A stretch of 64,000 bases of DNA from Neocallimastix sp. 'constans' (GCA_050613775.1 JBODTK010000001.1:1178001-1242000), one strand, 5' to 3'; shown: positions 1 to 18,477, counted from the first letter of the stretch. The notes: generated by a model not told the origin, from the sequence alone. Translations and numbers: made by a program.

Positions 1-1170
1 ATATAATATATTATAATATACAATATAAAAAATTTAATTTAATATAAAAAAAAAAAAGGAATTGCAAATGGTGAATTAAAAAATAAGGTTTTTTTTTCTT
101 CTTTTCTTCTTTTTTTTTTTTTTTTTTTGATGAAGCTAAAGTGAAAATTTTTGTAAAGAAAAATTATATAATTTTCAATATAATTATTTAAATAAAAATA
201 AAGAATTATAAAAAAAAAAAAAAAAAAATTGAACTCTATATATGATTTAGATAAAAAAAAAGAGAGAGAAAATATCATAAAAAAAAAATTTTTTTTTTTA
301 ATTTTTATATAAAAAAAATTAGTGAATAATTATATTAATTTATAAATTAATGTAAATTTAAAGCGGTTTGTCAAACTATAATTATAAAATGTTCCCTAAA
401 ATAAGGAAAATAGATTAATTTATATTATATAAATAAATTATGATTAAATTTCATTATATTAAAAAAATATAACCGTGACGGTTGTAGTAATGATAATTTT
501 TTTTTTTTTTGTTTATGTATTTTATTAAAATGTGATTTATTACTAATATGTAGCAAATATTTGAATTAATGAATAACAATAATCATGATTTTAATTAATA
601 AAATAATAACGAATAAAAATAATATTTAGTTGTAGAAGATAATATATAATTTTGTTAATATTAATAATATATTAAATATTATGAATTTAATTATATAATA
701 AAGATAATTTAATAACAAATAGCAATAATTAAGATTATATAAAAATAAAGATATTATATTAACAAAAAATAATAATATATATTTTATAATAATAATAACT
801 TTTTTTTTTTTTTGATAATCTTTACATTATATTTGTAATTATTATAATAATTTCAAATCACTATCCTTAATAAAAAATACTATACTGTATTAGACTTTTA
901 TTACCAGTTTTTTTTTATATATAAAATTATATTATTATTATTTCTAATTTACAGTAAGTCGTTTGATTAAATCAGTAAATACATATATGTAAGTAATAAA
1001 TAATAATAAAATAATAATAGGATAATAAAAAATTATTTAATATTTAACATTTATGGAGTTTAAAAGGATTTCTGTCTTTTTTGTAAAAAAAAAAAAAAAA
1101 AAAAAAAAGAATCCAAAAAGGAAAAAAAACTTCTGTTTATTTTTTATCTCATTAACTCATTTGTTTTATG

Positions 1171-1214
<44 letters not shown>

Positions 1215-1408
1215 TTATTATTATTGTAGTTGTTGTCTATTAATAAAGTAAATTGATTAAATAAAAATATTATCTAATAACAAAGCTAAATAATTAAATA
1301 ATATAAATAATTAAATAATATTAAAATATAAAATAAAAATTTTAAAGTTGGAATGAAAATAATAAAATAATAAGAAAATAACAAGAAAATAATAATTAAA
1401 TAATAATA

Positions 1409-1467
<59 letters not shown>

Positions 1468-2004
1468 TTAACAAAAAAATAAAAATAAATAAATAAATAA
1501 ATAAAATTTTAGGATGTGGATTAAGGTACATCAATTATTTTAATTATTTTAATTTTTTTATTTTAATTTTTTTTTTTTTTTTTTTTAGATTAGGAATAAA
1601 CTTTATTTAATAATATTTATTAAAAATTAAATAAATAAATAAAGATAAAATGAAAAATTTTATGTATAAATGAACATTATTTTAAATAGTAATTAAGTTA
1701 AATATATATAATGATATATTATATAAAAAATAAATGTGTATTTATAGGTAATGATTACATTATTACATTGAATACCTTTTTTTTTTTTCTTGAGTTTGAA
1801 TGGAAATAATAATAAAAAAAAAAATAAATAATAAATAAATAAAATAAATAAATAAAATAAATAAATAAAATAAATAAATAAAATAAATAAAAAAAAAGAT
1901 AATTTAAAAAAAAAAAAAAAACATATATATTAAATATAACTAATTAATAGAAAAATTTTATTATATTATTTATTATTTATTATTTATTATATTTTTTATT
2001 TTTT

Positions 2005-2036
<32 letters not shown>

Positions 2037-2084
2037 TTATTATTATTATTGAATTTAGATAATCGATTTCTCAATAGTTTTTTT

Positions 2085-2124
<40 letters not shown>

Positions 2125-2703
2125 CAATTTCTATTTTATTTATTCATTTATTCATTTAAAATTTTATTATTATATTTAATATTTATATTTAACATATCTT
2201 CTTTTTCGTTTAAACTTTTATTCTTTTATTATATAATAAAAATATTATATAATATTACGTTTTTTATTTACTTATATATTTATTTATTAATTTTTATTTT
2301 ATTTTATTTTATTTCATTTATATATATATATATATATATTTATATAGTTTTATTTATTTATTCTTTATTTTATTAATTTTTTTTTTTTTTTTTTTTTTAA
2401 CCTATTTAAATTGTAAACTCTTAACTGTATAAAAAAAAGACAATATTTATTCTATTTTAATTCTTTTTCTTTTTTTATTTATTTATTTTACTTCATTTTA
2501 TTTTATCCTTTTCTGCTAATTTATTTATTTATACTTTTAAATATTATAAATAAAAAAAAAAAAAATAAATAAAATAATAATAATATAATAATAATTATAA
2601 TAGTATACTATTGTCTAACAAAAATAAAAAAAATATATATATATAGTTATATATTGTTATATATATAGTTTTTTGCCCTTTTTTTTTTTTTTTATTTATG
2701 TAT

Positions 2704-5065
2704 TTATTTATGTGGACGATTTTTATTAGTAAGTGGTGGAAGTGGTGGTAATACTGGACGATTTTTATTAGTTAATGGTGGAAGTGGTGGTAATACTGGT
2801 TTGTTTCTAATATATGGGGAAGTAGGATTAGAATTATTAGGTGATTTTGAACGAGATGGAGAGGTAGGTGTACGTGGAGTTTTTGGTGAATTAATAACAT
2901 TATTTGGATGAAGATGTTGAGAACTACCATTATTACTTCTATTATTATTGGAAGAAGTAGAAGCCTTATTATTATTACTATTATTATTATTAAATAATGA
3001 TTTACTTTTATTATGTGGTGTAACTGGTGATGGAGATAATGTAAAACGAATAGGTGAAGAAGTATCTTCAACTTGATTTAATTCTTCCTTTAATATTCTA
3101 TCTTTTTCTTTACACATATGATCAATTTCATCCACCGTTTCTTTTGTAAGATATGGGGTATTACGGCACATGAAGGAACGATCAGCTTCTCTCCATACTG
3201 GAACACCAAATGGAAGAATAAGTTTTGAATCTAATAATTCCATAAGTGGATCTTCACATTCAAATGCTGTACTGACGGTTGAAGAAGCATAGGTACGAGC
3301 ATCATCATCTTCTTCTGCTAATTTTTTATAAAGACTAAAACTACTACCAGTATTACTTTGATTATCATTAATTAAATCATTAACCGAAAGTGAATAAGAA
3401 CTAACGGTACCGGTACTTTCACTTATACCATTCTTTTCTTCTTCTTTAATACGTTTAATTTGACGATTAATATATTTTATAATATCATGATTAATTTTTG
3501 GTTCATTAACTTCATAACGATAAAGATCAAAAACAATTCTCATTTGAGCCATAGAAAGATTAGCATTATTCGAATCAGGATTGGTAATGGTAGTACAGCC
3601 ATCATTACTTGCAATGGCAGAGGCTAACTCATCTCTAACAATGGTTTCGGCGATATCAAAGAAAGATTCTAAATCAGTAAAACTAGTACAAACTTGTAAT
3701 AGTTGACACATTTTAATTGATGGAGCTAATTGACGCATAAATTGATTATTAATAATATATTGATGATTTTCTTCAATATCTTCCATTTCTTTTGAATCAA
3801 TATCTGCAATAAATTGAATAGTTTCTCTTATCCAATCTTCGAGGTTACTAATATTTAAACGAATTTGCATAGCTTTACTACGACAACAATAATCGGAATC
3901 CGTTAATAAACGATTGAAAATTTCTGCATTTATAAAGTAAAGTAATTGTTGAATAATTTGTTGAATAACCGAAGTATGGACACGATAGGTACGTAAAACT
4001 CTAAGAATAGATGAAAGAATATTTATAACAGTTTGTGGGGTATATTGTTCAAGTCTTGCACCAGAAAGTTTTGTTGTTTTCTTTGGAAGACGAGAATTAC
4101 CCTTTTCAAGTTGAGCTTTAAAACCCATTCTTCTACCCAAACGACTAAATGAACTTTCAAATTTTATATTTTCAATTCCAGGAATTGTATTATATTGCAT
4201 TAAACATGGCTCAATTACATCTTCTAATCTTTCTTCTAAATGTTGTATTAAATTTATATAATATTCATTAATAAGTTCTGAAATTTCATATTGATATTCT
4301 ACTGTGGATACAACTAATTCACTATCTTTTTTCAAATAACATAAAAGTTGTAATAAATTGGTAAGCCAAAAGATATTAACATTAACATCAGGTTTTTGCT
4401 GTAATTTCTATTTTATTATATATATATATATATATTTAATAGATATATTTAAATATTATATTTAAATAATTAATATTCAAACCATTAATAAAAATATAAT
4501 AAAATAAATGTATATAAATATTAAATTAGTTATAAGTAAATAAAAAATTATTTACCAATAATAATAATAATATCATTATTATTATTATTTACTATATTAT
4601 ATAGAAAAAATATATATATTTATATATATATGTTTTTAAAAATTTTTATTACTGCTAGTAGTTATTAGCTATTTACCTTTAATAAAACACCAACTTTCTT
4701 TAATATTGTATCGAAAAATTTCTTTAAAAGTTCTGTTGAATTATAATAATAGGCATATCTTGCAGCTAAGAAAATAATATTTGCTGGTATATAAATTTTT
4801 TCTGGTTTTTTCTGTGGTTGAATACAAAGAACAACATAATCACATAAGGTTTCCAATTGAGCTTCATCAAATACAAACATCTGATCACCATCACATTTAT
4901 CCCATGAAAATGGCATGAAAAAATCATCCTATTTTTTTTTTTTTTTTAAGTATTGAATAACAATTAAATTATTTTAATATAGTTTATCATTTGAATAGTA
5001 AAACTTGTAAATAGTACGTAATAGATTCAAAATAAAGTAATAAATAAATAAAAATAGAAAAAAAA

Positions 5066-5097
<32 letters not shown>

Positions 5098-6004
5098 TTA
5101 CACTAATTTCTTCCTCAGTATAAGCTTCAACTTCATTTAATGCCAAGTTTGAAAGTTTATAATTAAATAATGGATCATATTCGAATAGAGGTTCACCATT
5201 ATCAAATGTATATTCTGGATTAAATGGAGTAGGTGGATTAGATAAAATTTTTAATAATTTTTCATTATCAGGTAAATGCATGGCATAGTCTTTAACAGTT
5301 TTTCCTGTAGAAAGTTTTAATTCAGGATCAGCACCACCAGCTAACATAATTCTTACTAATTCATCATGATGATTATTAGATGCCCAAACCAATGCAGTCC
5401 AACCGACTAAATTAAATAAACAAATATATATAATTAAAAATTAACATATAAAATTAGTATTATATCTATTTATTTTATTATAAATATATAAAATTATTAA
5501 TTTTAAGAATAAATAATAAAATAAAATAAATAAAAAATATATTATCATTAATTATTATTTAAAACTGTATAATTATGACTTACATTTATCAGCAATATTT
5601 ACATCTGCTCCATGTTGTATTAATAAATATGCACATTTTGCATGTGCAAAGCAAGCTGTGTAAATTAAAGCTGTATTACCACTTTCATCTTTACCATTAA
5701 TATCTATCCATTTTCTCTTTTCTTCATTTTCTAAAAGTTCTTTTAATTTATCAAAATCTCCATTTGAAGCAGCCCAAGTAAATAATTTAAACATTTTCTC
5801 ACGTTTCTGTCTATTCAAAAGAATAGGATCTTCTAAAATTTCATCTTCAAAAATATATGAATTTTCACTATCTGCAGTTGGACTTTTTAATGGAATTGTT
5901 GTTTTTCCCTTATCTTCTTCTTGAATATGTATAACTTCTTCTAACATTCGAGAACCTACTCGACGTAATGAAGGAGTCGAGCCTCTTTCTTTCGAGAATT
6001 CCAT
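2704..6004 (-). CDS. Ankyrin-repeat and DILUTE (DIL, myosin-V cargo-binding-like) domain protein, 4 exons
   Basis: Exons 6004-5584, 5406-5102, 4928-4677, 4407-2704 join in frame through GT..AG introns. Ankyrin repeats (DINGKDESGNTALIYTACFAHAKCAYLLIQHGADVN; GWTALVWASNN) come first, then IFWLTNLLQLLCYLKKD and the DIL core (IQQIIQQLLYFINAEIFNRLL...CCRSKAMQIRLNISNLEDWIR). The tail is Pro/Ser-rich and disordered. Confidence 0.88.
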
Positions 6005-6714
6005 TTTTATTTTTATTTTTATTTTTTATTTTTTTTATTAATTATTTTTTTCTTTAAATAAAAATGCTTATTTATGAATATAATTTAAATAATAAATCTA
6101 TTAACTAAATATATGTTAAAATTTAAAATGAGTCGATAGTTTTAATGGTCTGTTTATATTATAAATTATAAAATATTATAATAATAATATTATTATTAAT
6201 TATTTATATTAATAAATGTTATTAAAAATTTTATTTGGAAATTTCAATTTATTTTTATTAAATTAATATTAAATAGCTCAATGTAAAAGATAAAAAAAAA
6301 AATATAAACAATAAAAATAATTTAAAAAAATATATATATAAGATTTTTGTTATATTAAAAACAATTATACTTACAATATTATTTGGAATAGGAATATGTG
6401 AATATACCAAATAAATTATAAATGTTGAAATTTTTATTATTTAGTATAACAATAGATATGTTTTTCAATAATAAAATGTAAATTATTTATATAAAAATTC
6501 AAATAATAATTTTTCTTTACTTTTGGTATATTGTTTTTATTAACTTATATCTAAAAGAATTATATAATTGGTAATGAGTAATATTTAATGACTCATTAAT
6601 ACTATTTATATATTAAAATATCTTTTACAATTGATTATTGTTTATATTGTAATTTCTATATTTATTACTATTATAAATTTAAATACAAAAGTTTCAATTT
6701 TTTTTTGTTTTTTA

Positions 6715-6748
<34 letters not shown>

Positions 6749-9503
6749 ATAAATGAAATAAGTTGAAAAAAAAAATAATTAAAAAAAAAAAAAAAAAAAA
6801 AAAGGATTAATAATATATATAATAACTTTATATAATGAATTAACAATTGATAAAAATCCAAAATATAATGAAATTTACTTTTATAAGATTAATATAATAT
6901 ATATTATAGAAATTTTAGATATATTATATAAAATGATTAAATAATGCGAAAATTCTATTGCATTAAATATATTATATTGAATTTTTGTTTTTTGTAAATA
7001 ATGTTAATTTTTAATGATTGAATGTAAATAAATAAATAAATAGAGAAGTTTAGAAAAAAAAAATAAAATTAAATAAAGTCAACTATTCAATATTTATTAT
7101 ATAAAATTAATACTATAATTAATATAATTATATTAATTACTTGATATTAAATTTATATATAATTCAATTTTTTATCAATAAATTAATATTATATAAATTA
7201 AATATAATTTTTTATTACTAAATAATAAAATATATAGATAGATATATTTTAATATTTATAAAGGAATAAAAATTATATATCATATTACATACAATAATTT
7301 TAATATATAAATGTATAAAAAAATAGATGTAATAACTTTTCTTATTTCTTTTTTATTATTATTATTAATTATATAAAAATATGAGTCTTTTTTTCTTTAC
7401 AATTTAAATAATAGCTTTACCAATATTTAATAAATAATTATTAATAGCATTTATCTACTTCAAAATATATTATTATACTTCAAAAAAAACATATATCCAG
7501 GTTTATTAATAATAAAATTACTCCTATAATAAATTAACCGCAAGGGGTACTCCAATTTGAAACATCATTTTTGTAAGAAAATTTAAAGTAAAAATATAAA
7601 AAAAATTAAAGCATGTAAAACAAATAATATTTAAACTCTATTCAAACTTTTTTTATTATTAATGTTATTTTTGTTTTTCAAATATTATTAATTCATCTAT
7701 TAATAATACTATTATTTAGTATAAATAAATTGGGTTATAATAAGATAAGATTAATTAAATGAATAAAATAATATGAAATAATTTCTTTTTATACATATAT
7801 GATGAAATTGTATATCTTAACACATAAACATATTTATTGAAGGAATAGTACTAATAAAATAGTTTTAATTACAATTTAGTAAAATGATTATTAGGTCTAT
7901 AATTTGTAATATTAAATAATTTATAATTTATGTTCATATCAAAATAATACAATACTATATTTATCTTTTATTTATTTACTATGGATTTATTTATCATAAT
8001 ATATTTATATATATTTATATTTATTAATATTATTTATTTATATTATTCATTTATATTCTTTTATATATATATAATCTAATTATCATAAATTACTTTTTAT
8101 ATTAAATTTTAAATACTAATTTATTATTAATATAAAAATAAAATTCTTTAAAATTAACTATTTCTATTTTGAGTAATAATATCTAATATATTATATGGAT
8201 GATCTATAATAATATATTAAAAAGAATAAATTATAATATATTATATAATTATTAAAATAGATAATATTCATTTGGATTAAATATATTGAAATATATTGAA
8301 ATATATTATTGTGATACAATTTTGTAGTATATTATATAATGAATAATTTAACTATGACATTTTTTGTAGTTTATAAAATAAATATTCCAAATCACAATAA
8401 TTATAATGAATGAATAAATAAAAAATAAAAGGTTAGATTATATTATATTATAAAACATGATGAATGAATATTTTTTAAACATTATATTAACTAAGATTAT
8501 GTGTAAATTAACTGTCTTCTACAATATAATAATAAAAAAAAAAAAAAAAAAAAAACAGTAAACAATTATTCTTTGTTGTAACATTTTTTGGTAAAAAAAC
8601 AACTATTAAAAGGTTTATTAATATTTATATTTATTTTTTCTCTATCTTTATATGTATATACATTTTTTTTGTAATATTTTCCTTTAATTCTTTAATTTTC
8701 TGAAATTTACATTATTTATTGCTATTTATTTCTAAAATTTTATTTTATATTTTTGCATTCAATTCTTCAAAATTTGTAGTACTATATTATTTATTATTTA
8801 CCTTATTAAGTTCAATAATTGTACTTCAAAAAATTTTAGATTTAGTTTCTATTAATTGTTTAATTATTTCTATCTTGATTTATAAATGATCATTATTAAT
8901 AAAGCAATTAGAATTTTTATATAAATATATAGTTTTGTGGCGCATATTATTCAAACATATTTTAATTAAATTTGGTGGATATAATTTTTAATTAAAATAT
9001 CATTTATCATTTATTATCTATTAATATTAAAAGTATAATTTTAAATAATAAATTATATTCTTAATTATTCAAAGTAAAATATTTATATATAATATTATTA
9101 TATATTATATTTAATGGAAAGAAAATAATAAAAAATATACATTTTATATAATGATACTAATAATAATACTAATACTAATAATATTAATAATGATGATAAT
9201 AATTAAGATAATAATAATAATAAGAATATATATAATAAAACACAATAAACATAAGTTAAATACATATTTATATATGAAGGAGAAAGGTTATTAAAATATT
9301 AAATGATAGATTTTTATTAAAGAAAAAATTTTTTTATTATACAATATTTTAGAAGAATTTTTTATTTTTTATTTTTATAACATTAAATATAGTTTAAATA
9401 TGATAAATTAATAATTAAAATTGATATATGAACTTTTTATCATAAATTTAAAATTTATTATATAGCAATACTACAATGAAATGAGTATATTATTAATATG
9501 TTT

Positions 9504-9632
9504 TTATATTATATTTTTAAATTTTTCTTGTGGGAATATTAATTTACAAAGTCTAGCTATTAATCCTTGAAGTTGTAATAAAGACTGACATCCTTCTAAA
9601 ACTTTAACATGTGTTATACCAATTTCCTAAAT

Positions 9633-9674
<42 letters not shown>

Positions 9675-10745
9675 TGATATATAGAAAATTTGAAGATTGG
9701 AAAAAAAGTTAGTTCTTGTCATTAAATTCTTTTAATATCAATTTATTTTTTTTTTTTTATTTTTTTATATTTTTTTTTTAATAAAAAAGTTTATTTCATA
9801 CCTTAATAAATTCTAATTTTAAATATTCAGGTATACCACTTGAATACTTTATAACCTTGAATAATGTACCAATAATATCCATTGGACTGTAACCTTGATC
9901 AAAAAGAACTGTTATACCATCCATAGCATAATCAACGTCATTTTTTAAAATATGTTCAATAACTTTTTGAACAATAACTGGATTGGGTTGATCACAAATC
10001 TTAAATACATTTTCAGCATTCACAAATTGAAAACCAGACCACGTTGATTGCAAATTATTAATAGCTTGTCTCATATCACCTTCTGATGTAAAAATAATAG
10101 CTTCTAATCCTTCTGCGTTATATTTAACCTTTTGTTAATTATAAAAATATTATGTGGAAAAAAAAAAAAAAAAAAAAAAAAAAGATGCTTAGATGCTTAA
10201 TATTATATATTTTATAATAAATAAGATTTAACGTATGAATTTTTATGCCTAGTATTTATGAATGAATAGAGTACATTTTCAATTTCACAAATTTCTAATA
10301 AACGCTTAAGAATTTGTTTATCATCTAATTTATTATAACGTAAAATAGCACAACGACTTTGAATTGGTTCAATAATTTTATTAGATATATTACATGCTAA
10401 AGCAAATCTTGTTGTATTTGAATATAATTCCATTGTTCTTCTTAAAGCTTGTTGCGCACCAGCTGTCATACTTTATTTAAAATATTTAAAATTAATATCA
10501 TAATTTACTTTAGTTTATTTTATTTTTTTTTTTTTATATTTTTTTATATAATTCTACTTTTTTTCTTTATTATACTATATTTTAATCAATACCTATCAGC
10601 TTCATCTAAAATAATAATTTTGTGTCTACCAGCAGGTAATGTAATTTTTGTTTGTGCAAACATTTTTATTCTATTTCTTACAACATCAATACCACTATTA
10701 ATTTTATAAATTTTAATTTTATATATATATATATAATAATAAATA

Positions 10746-10790
<45 letters not shown>

Positions 10791-10811
10791 TAAATAAATA
10801 TATATAAGTAA

Positions 10812-10858
<47 letters not shown>

Positions 10859-11990
10859 ATAAAATATTGATAATTTAGTATATACATAAAATTTAAATTT
10901 ACCGATCATCAGAAGCATTGAGCTCTAATACAGCATCCTTAGCTGAATCACCTAAAAGTTCATGGGCAAGACATAAAATACTAGTTGTCTTACCTATACC
11001 GGGTGGTCCCTTTTATTAATAAAAATATTTTATTTATTGATTATGAAGTAATTTTTATTATAAATGATTTCAAATTAGAAATTTAAATTTCAATTTAAAA
11101 TTTAATCTTATTTAATTATATATGCATATATCAATATTTTTATTTTTATTTTTATTATTATTTTTTTTTTTATATTTTATTCTTTTTATTATTTCTTTCT
11201 CTTTTTATTGTTTTATTTTTATTTTTATTTTTATTATTTTAATAATTAAGATGTTTAAATATTTACAGCAATAATGAGATTTGGCATATTTCCATCTTGT
11301 GCTATTACTTGAAGTCTTGATACAGTTTCTTCATTTCCAGTAATATCCTTAATTAATATAGGTCTATGTTTTTCAACCCTTTTTTTAAATTATGGTTTTA
11401 TTAAATATATTTTATATTTTATTCAATTATATTTTTAAAATTAAAAATGATTATTGAAGTTTCAATTTAAAAATTCCAAATATCATATTAATTAAACAAT
11501 AATAGTAATAATAATAATAATGATAAAAATAAAAATAAAAAGGGAGAAATTATTAATATTAACAATTTATTTATTTATAATTGAAAAATTATTTATTATA
11601 AAAAATATTTAAATTTATATTTTAGAATTCAATAATTTTTTATTTTTATATTTTCTTTTATTATTAATTTTGTACTTCTAAATGTTGAACTTATACTTAA
11701 TTAGTTTAACAATTATTACAATTAAAATGAAATAACAATATTAAAATGAAATTCTTTATAAACAAAAATCTTAATATGACAATTAAATATAAATGAGCAT
11801 GTTATTTTGATTTATTCATATCATATTTTAAATTATTGTCAATAAAATAATTATTTGGCTATGTTTTTTAATTATTATTAAAATAATTGATTTAAAAATT
11901 GGTTATCCATTTTAAATTTATATCTAAAAAGATTATATTCAATTACCAAGGTAATTCTTGAGCATTTAAAGTTGCAGAAGAAGAAGACAT
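9504..11990 (-). CDS. RFC4: Replication factor C small subunit (yeast Rfc4 / human RFC2 orthologous group), 7 exons
   Basis: Exons 11990-11947, 11378-11267, 11009-10903, 10694-10593, 10470-10275, 10128-9802, 9626-9504, all phase-compatible. Motifs: LPWVEKHRP, Walker [33 protein letters not shown], Walker [25 protein letters not shown] motif, [13 protein letters not shown]. Confidence 0.95.
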
Positions 11991-12858
11991 TTATTATATA
12001 TTGTGTATTCTTTTAAATATTGTTACTTCTTTATCCTTTTTTAAAATATATCAAATAATAAATATTTTGTATAACCGAAATTTAGATAGGTATTTTATTC
12101 AAAAACAATATTAATTGATGTACTTATAAATTAATAAATTTTATATTTTTAATTCTTTTAATATATGTAGATAATACATATTAATATGATAAATATAATA
12201 AAGCACATGACATCTTGATTTTAAATATTTTAATATTTAAAAAATAAATAAAAAAAATTATACTAATATTATTTTGAAGGAATCATATAATAAAAAAAAT
12301 AAGAAAATATTATATTGTCAGTAATGAAAAGATAATATTAAAAGGAATAAATGTATTTAAAAATTTATAAAATAATAATATGTTATAAATAATGTAATAA
12401 GAAATTTTGCCCCATATTTGAAAATTATATCAGAAAATCATTTCATTTTATAACAATCACTATTCACTATTCCATAATTCGAAACTATAATCAAAATATT
12501 AATATTATTGTAATATTGAAAAAAAAAAAAAAAAAAAAAAAAAAAGACAAGAGCGTAAAAAAGAAAGGAAAAGAAAAGAGAGAAAAAAAAATAAATATTG
12601 ATTTTAAAATATTATTTTTTCTTAGATAAATTATAAAGTATATATATATATATTAAAATTAGTTACTTTTATTTCTTAAATAATATAAAAAATTTTTTTT
12701 ATAAGAAGTTTCTACGAAAAGAAATATTAAATAAAAAATATAATATCTCGTTTTTTGCAATTTTATAAAAAAAAAAAAAAAAAAAGAAAAAAAATTAATA
12801 TTTGAATAATAAAAAACAGTAACATTAACAATAGTAATAGTAATATAAAAATTTAAAT

Positions 12859-16436
<3,578 letters not shown>

Positions 16437-16504
16437 TATTTATTTATTTTATTTTTTCATTTTTAAATTTTTCAAAATGAAATACGTATTAAATAAACAA
16501 ATAA

Positions 16505-16545
<41 letters not shown>

Positions 16546-16827
16546 ATAATAATAATAATAATAATAAAATAATGTATAATAGATGCAAAAATTAAAAATT
16601 TAATGATATCATTATTAGTAATAATGCTATTAATAACAGAAGTATTATTAGCAATAATAATAAGTATATTAAATTTATTTCATTAGCATTTTATTCAATA
16701 AAAACTAATAAATTGTAATATAATATTATAGAATTAAAATAGAAAATAAAGATAGAACCATAACAAATATAAAAATAACAATAAATAATTAAATAATTAT
16801 TTATTTAATTTTAATTTACATATATAT

Positions 16828-16884
<57 letters not shown>

Positions 16885-17005
16885 CAAATATATATATTGT
16901 TTTGTTTTTGCTTTATTTGTTGTATGCCTTTTTTTTTTTTTTTTTTTAACAAATATATATATTGTTTTGTTTTTGCTTTATTTGTTGTATGCCTTTTTTT
17001 TTTTT
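16885..17005. repeat. Two-copy direct repeat (~65-bp period) bounded by T-runs
   Basis: ATATATATTGTTTTGTTTTTGCTTTATTTGTTGTATGCC followed by a T-run occurs twice, each time preceded by CAAAT. Confidence 0.85.
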
Positions 17006-17121
17006 ATTGCATATTAAATATCAAAACATTTTGTGATTTAAAAGAAATTAGAAATTATAAGAATCTTTGTCTATAACCCTATTTTAATAAATTTATGATA
17101 GTTTCCTAAATTAAAATACAT

Positions 17122-17226
17122 GGATTAACTTAACTTACCCATGTCTAACTGCTGTTCACATGGAACCTTTCTCTACTTCAGTCTTCAAAGTTCACATTTG
17201 AATATTTGCTACTACCACCAAGATCT
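17122..17226 (-). rRNA. Isolated, degenerate fragment (~105 bp) of cytoplasmic LSU (25S/28S) rRNA; non-functional
   Basis: The + strand reads ACCCATGTCTAACTGCTGTTCACATGGAACCTTTCTCTACTTCAGTCTTCAAAGTTCACATTTGAATATTTGCTACTACCACCAAGATCT. This is the antisense of a conserved eukaryotic LSU segment and ends in the LR7 primer sequence TACTACCACCAAGATCT (17210-17226). The flanks are not rDNA. Confidence 0.9.
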
Positions 17227-17522
17227 TTTATAATTGTTAATACATAATTACATTTTTTGGATATTGTAAATAATTAAAAATAATTAATAGTTATATATAT
17301 AAAATACATTAATTGATATTAACCTTAACAGCAAAAGTTTCTTAGTTGTTTTTAATGATAAACTTAATTTAAAAATATTTATGGATTTTTAGTATTATTA
17401 ATATATTTCAAAATTTATATTTTTTGATAGATGAAACTATGACAAGATTATATGAAACATAGAACAGTATAGTAATATATTTGTGTGAATACAATTGTAT
17501 ATATTTCAAAACATATCTATGT

Positions 17523-17524
<2 letters not shown>

Positions 17525-17569
<45 letters not shown>

Positions 17570-17965
17570 CTTAAAATTACTGGAATTCTTGTTTTTGTCT
17601 ATTAATAATAATTTAAATATTTTTAGATTGGGATTAATGAGGGGAGGACTATTGTCCTCCAGTCTTTCCCTTAACCGTATCAGACTATTATTGGATTCTT
17701 TGCCATACTGTTTCGGTGTCGACACGGACCTCTCTTGAAGCATGACTAATATAAAAGACATTCCCTATATGCCGCTTTATACGACGGACCTTCTTTTAGG
17801 CGATCTATTGAATCATTATCGAGAGAGAAACAACTATACTAATCCTCTAACAGATCAAGTGCTCTACACTAACAATTATAATGTCCAGCAACAGGAATAC
17901 TTACTATGGCGAGTGAATACCAACTTCACTTATTGGGAAATATACCCTGGAAGGATGAAAATTTT
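17525..17965 (-). mobile_element. Probable LINE 3'-end relic with poly(A) tail
   Basis: GC-enriched island ending on the minus strand at a ~38-nt A-run (17525-17562). The minus-strand segment GTCGACACCGAAACAGTATGGCAAAGAATC resembles GTCAACGTTGGACCGATATGGCAAAGAAGAATC in the relic at ~62600. The right part (17730-17965) is unassigned. Confidence 0.4.
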
Positions 17966-18445
17966 AAATAAAAATTTTTAAATATTTATTAATCATTTAA
18001 TCTATGTTTGAAAATTGAAATATCATTTCATTTGATATATTATTTTTTAAGTGGTTAAAACATTGAAAAATTGAACTATTAAATGTAAGATATTATATAG
18101 TATGAAAAGAAAAGTCCAAGTAAATATTCTTAATATACATGATACTATTTTAATGAAAGATGAATAATACATACTATAAAATTAGAACATTATAACATTT
18201 CACATCTGTTATTTAATTCTTTTAAGTTAATGGATAAAAATTCTATAATAATATAATTATATAAAACATGAAATATAGTTTTATGTAAGTAATTAAAAGT
18301 AATTCAATATGAAATTTCATTAAATAAAGTATTAATAATATTAATGATGATTGTTCTAACTAAGAACAAATATATATAAGATTGTAATTTAATACAGTAG
18401 TTTCAGATTTAAGTACAATTATCAATTAATTTTTGTATTACTGTA

Positions 18446-18477
<32 letters not shown>

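Noticed and set aside
17637..17981. + strand frame with a single in-frame TGA (17736) joining a 33-codon ORF to the 79-aa ORF, suggesting readthrough or selenocysteine
   Set aside because: No recognisable protein or SECIS-like support, and the region is better explained as retroelement debris.
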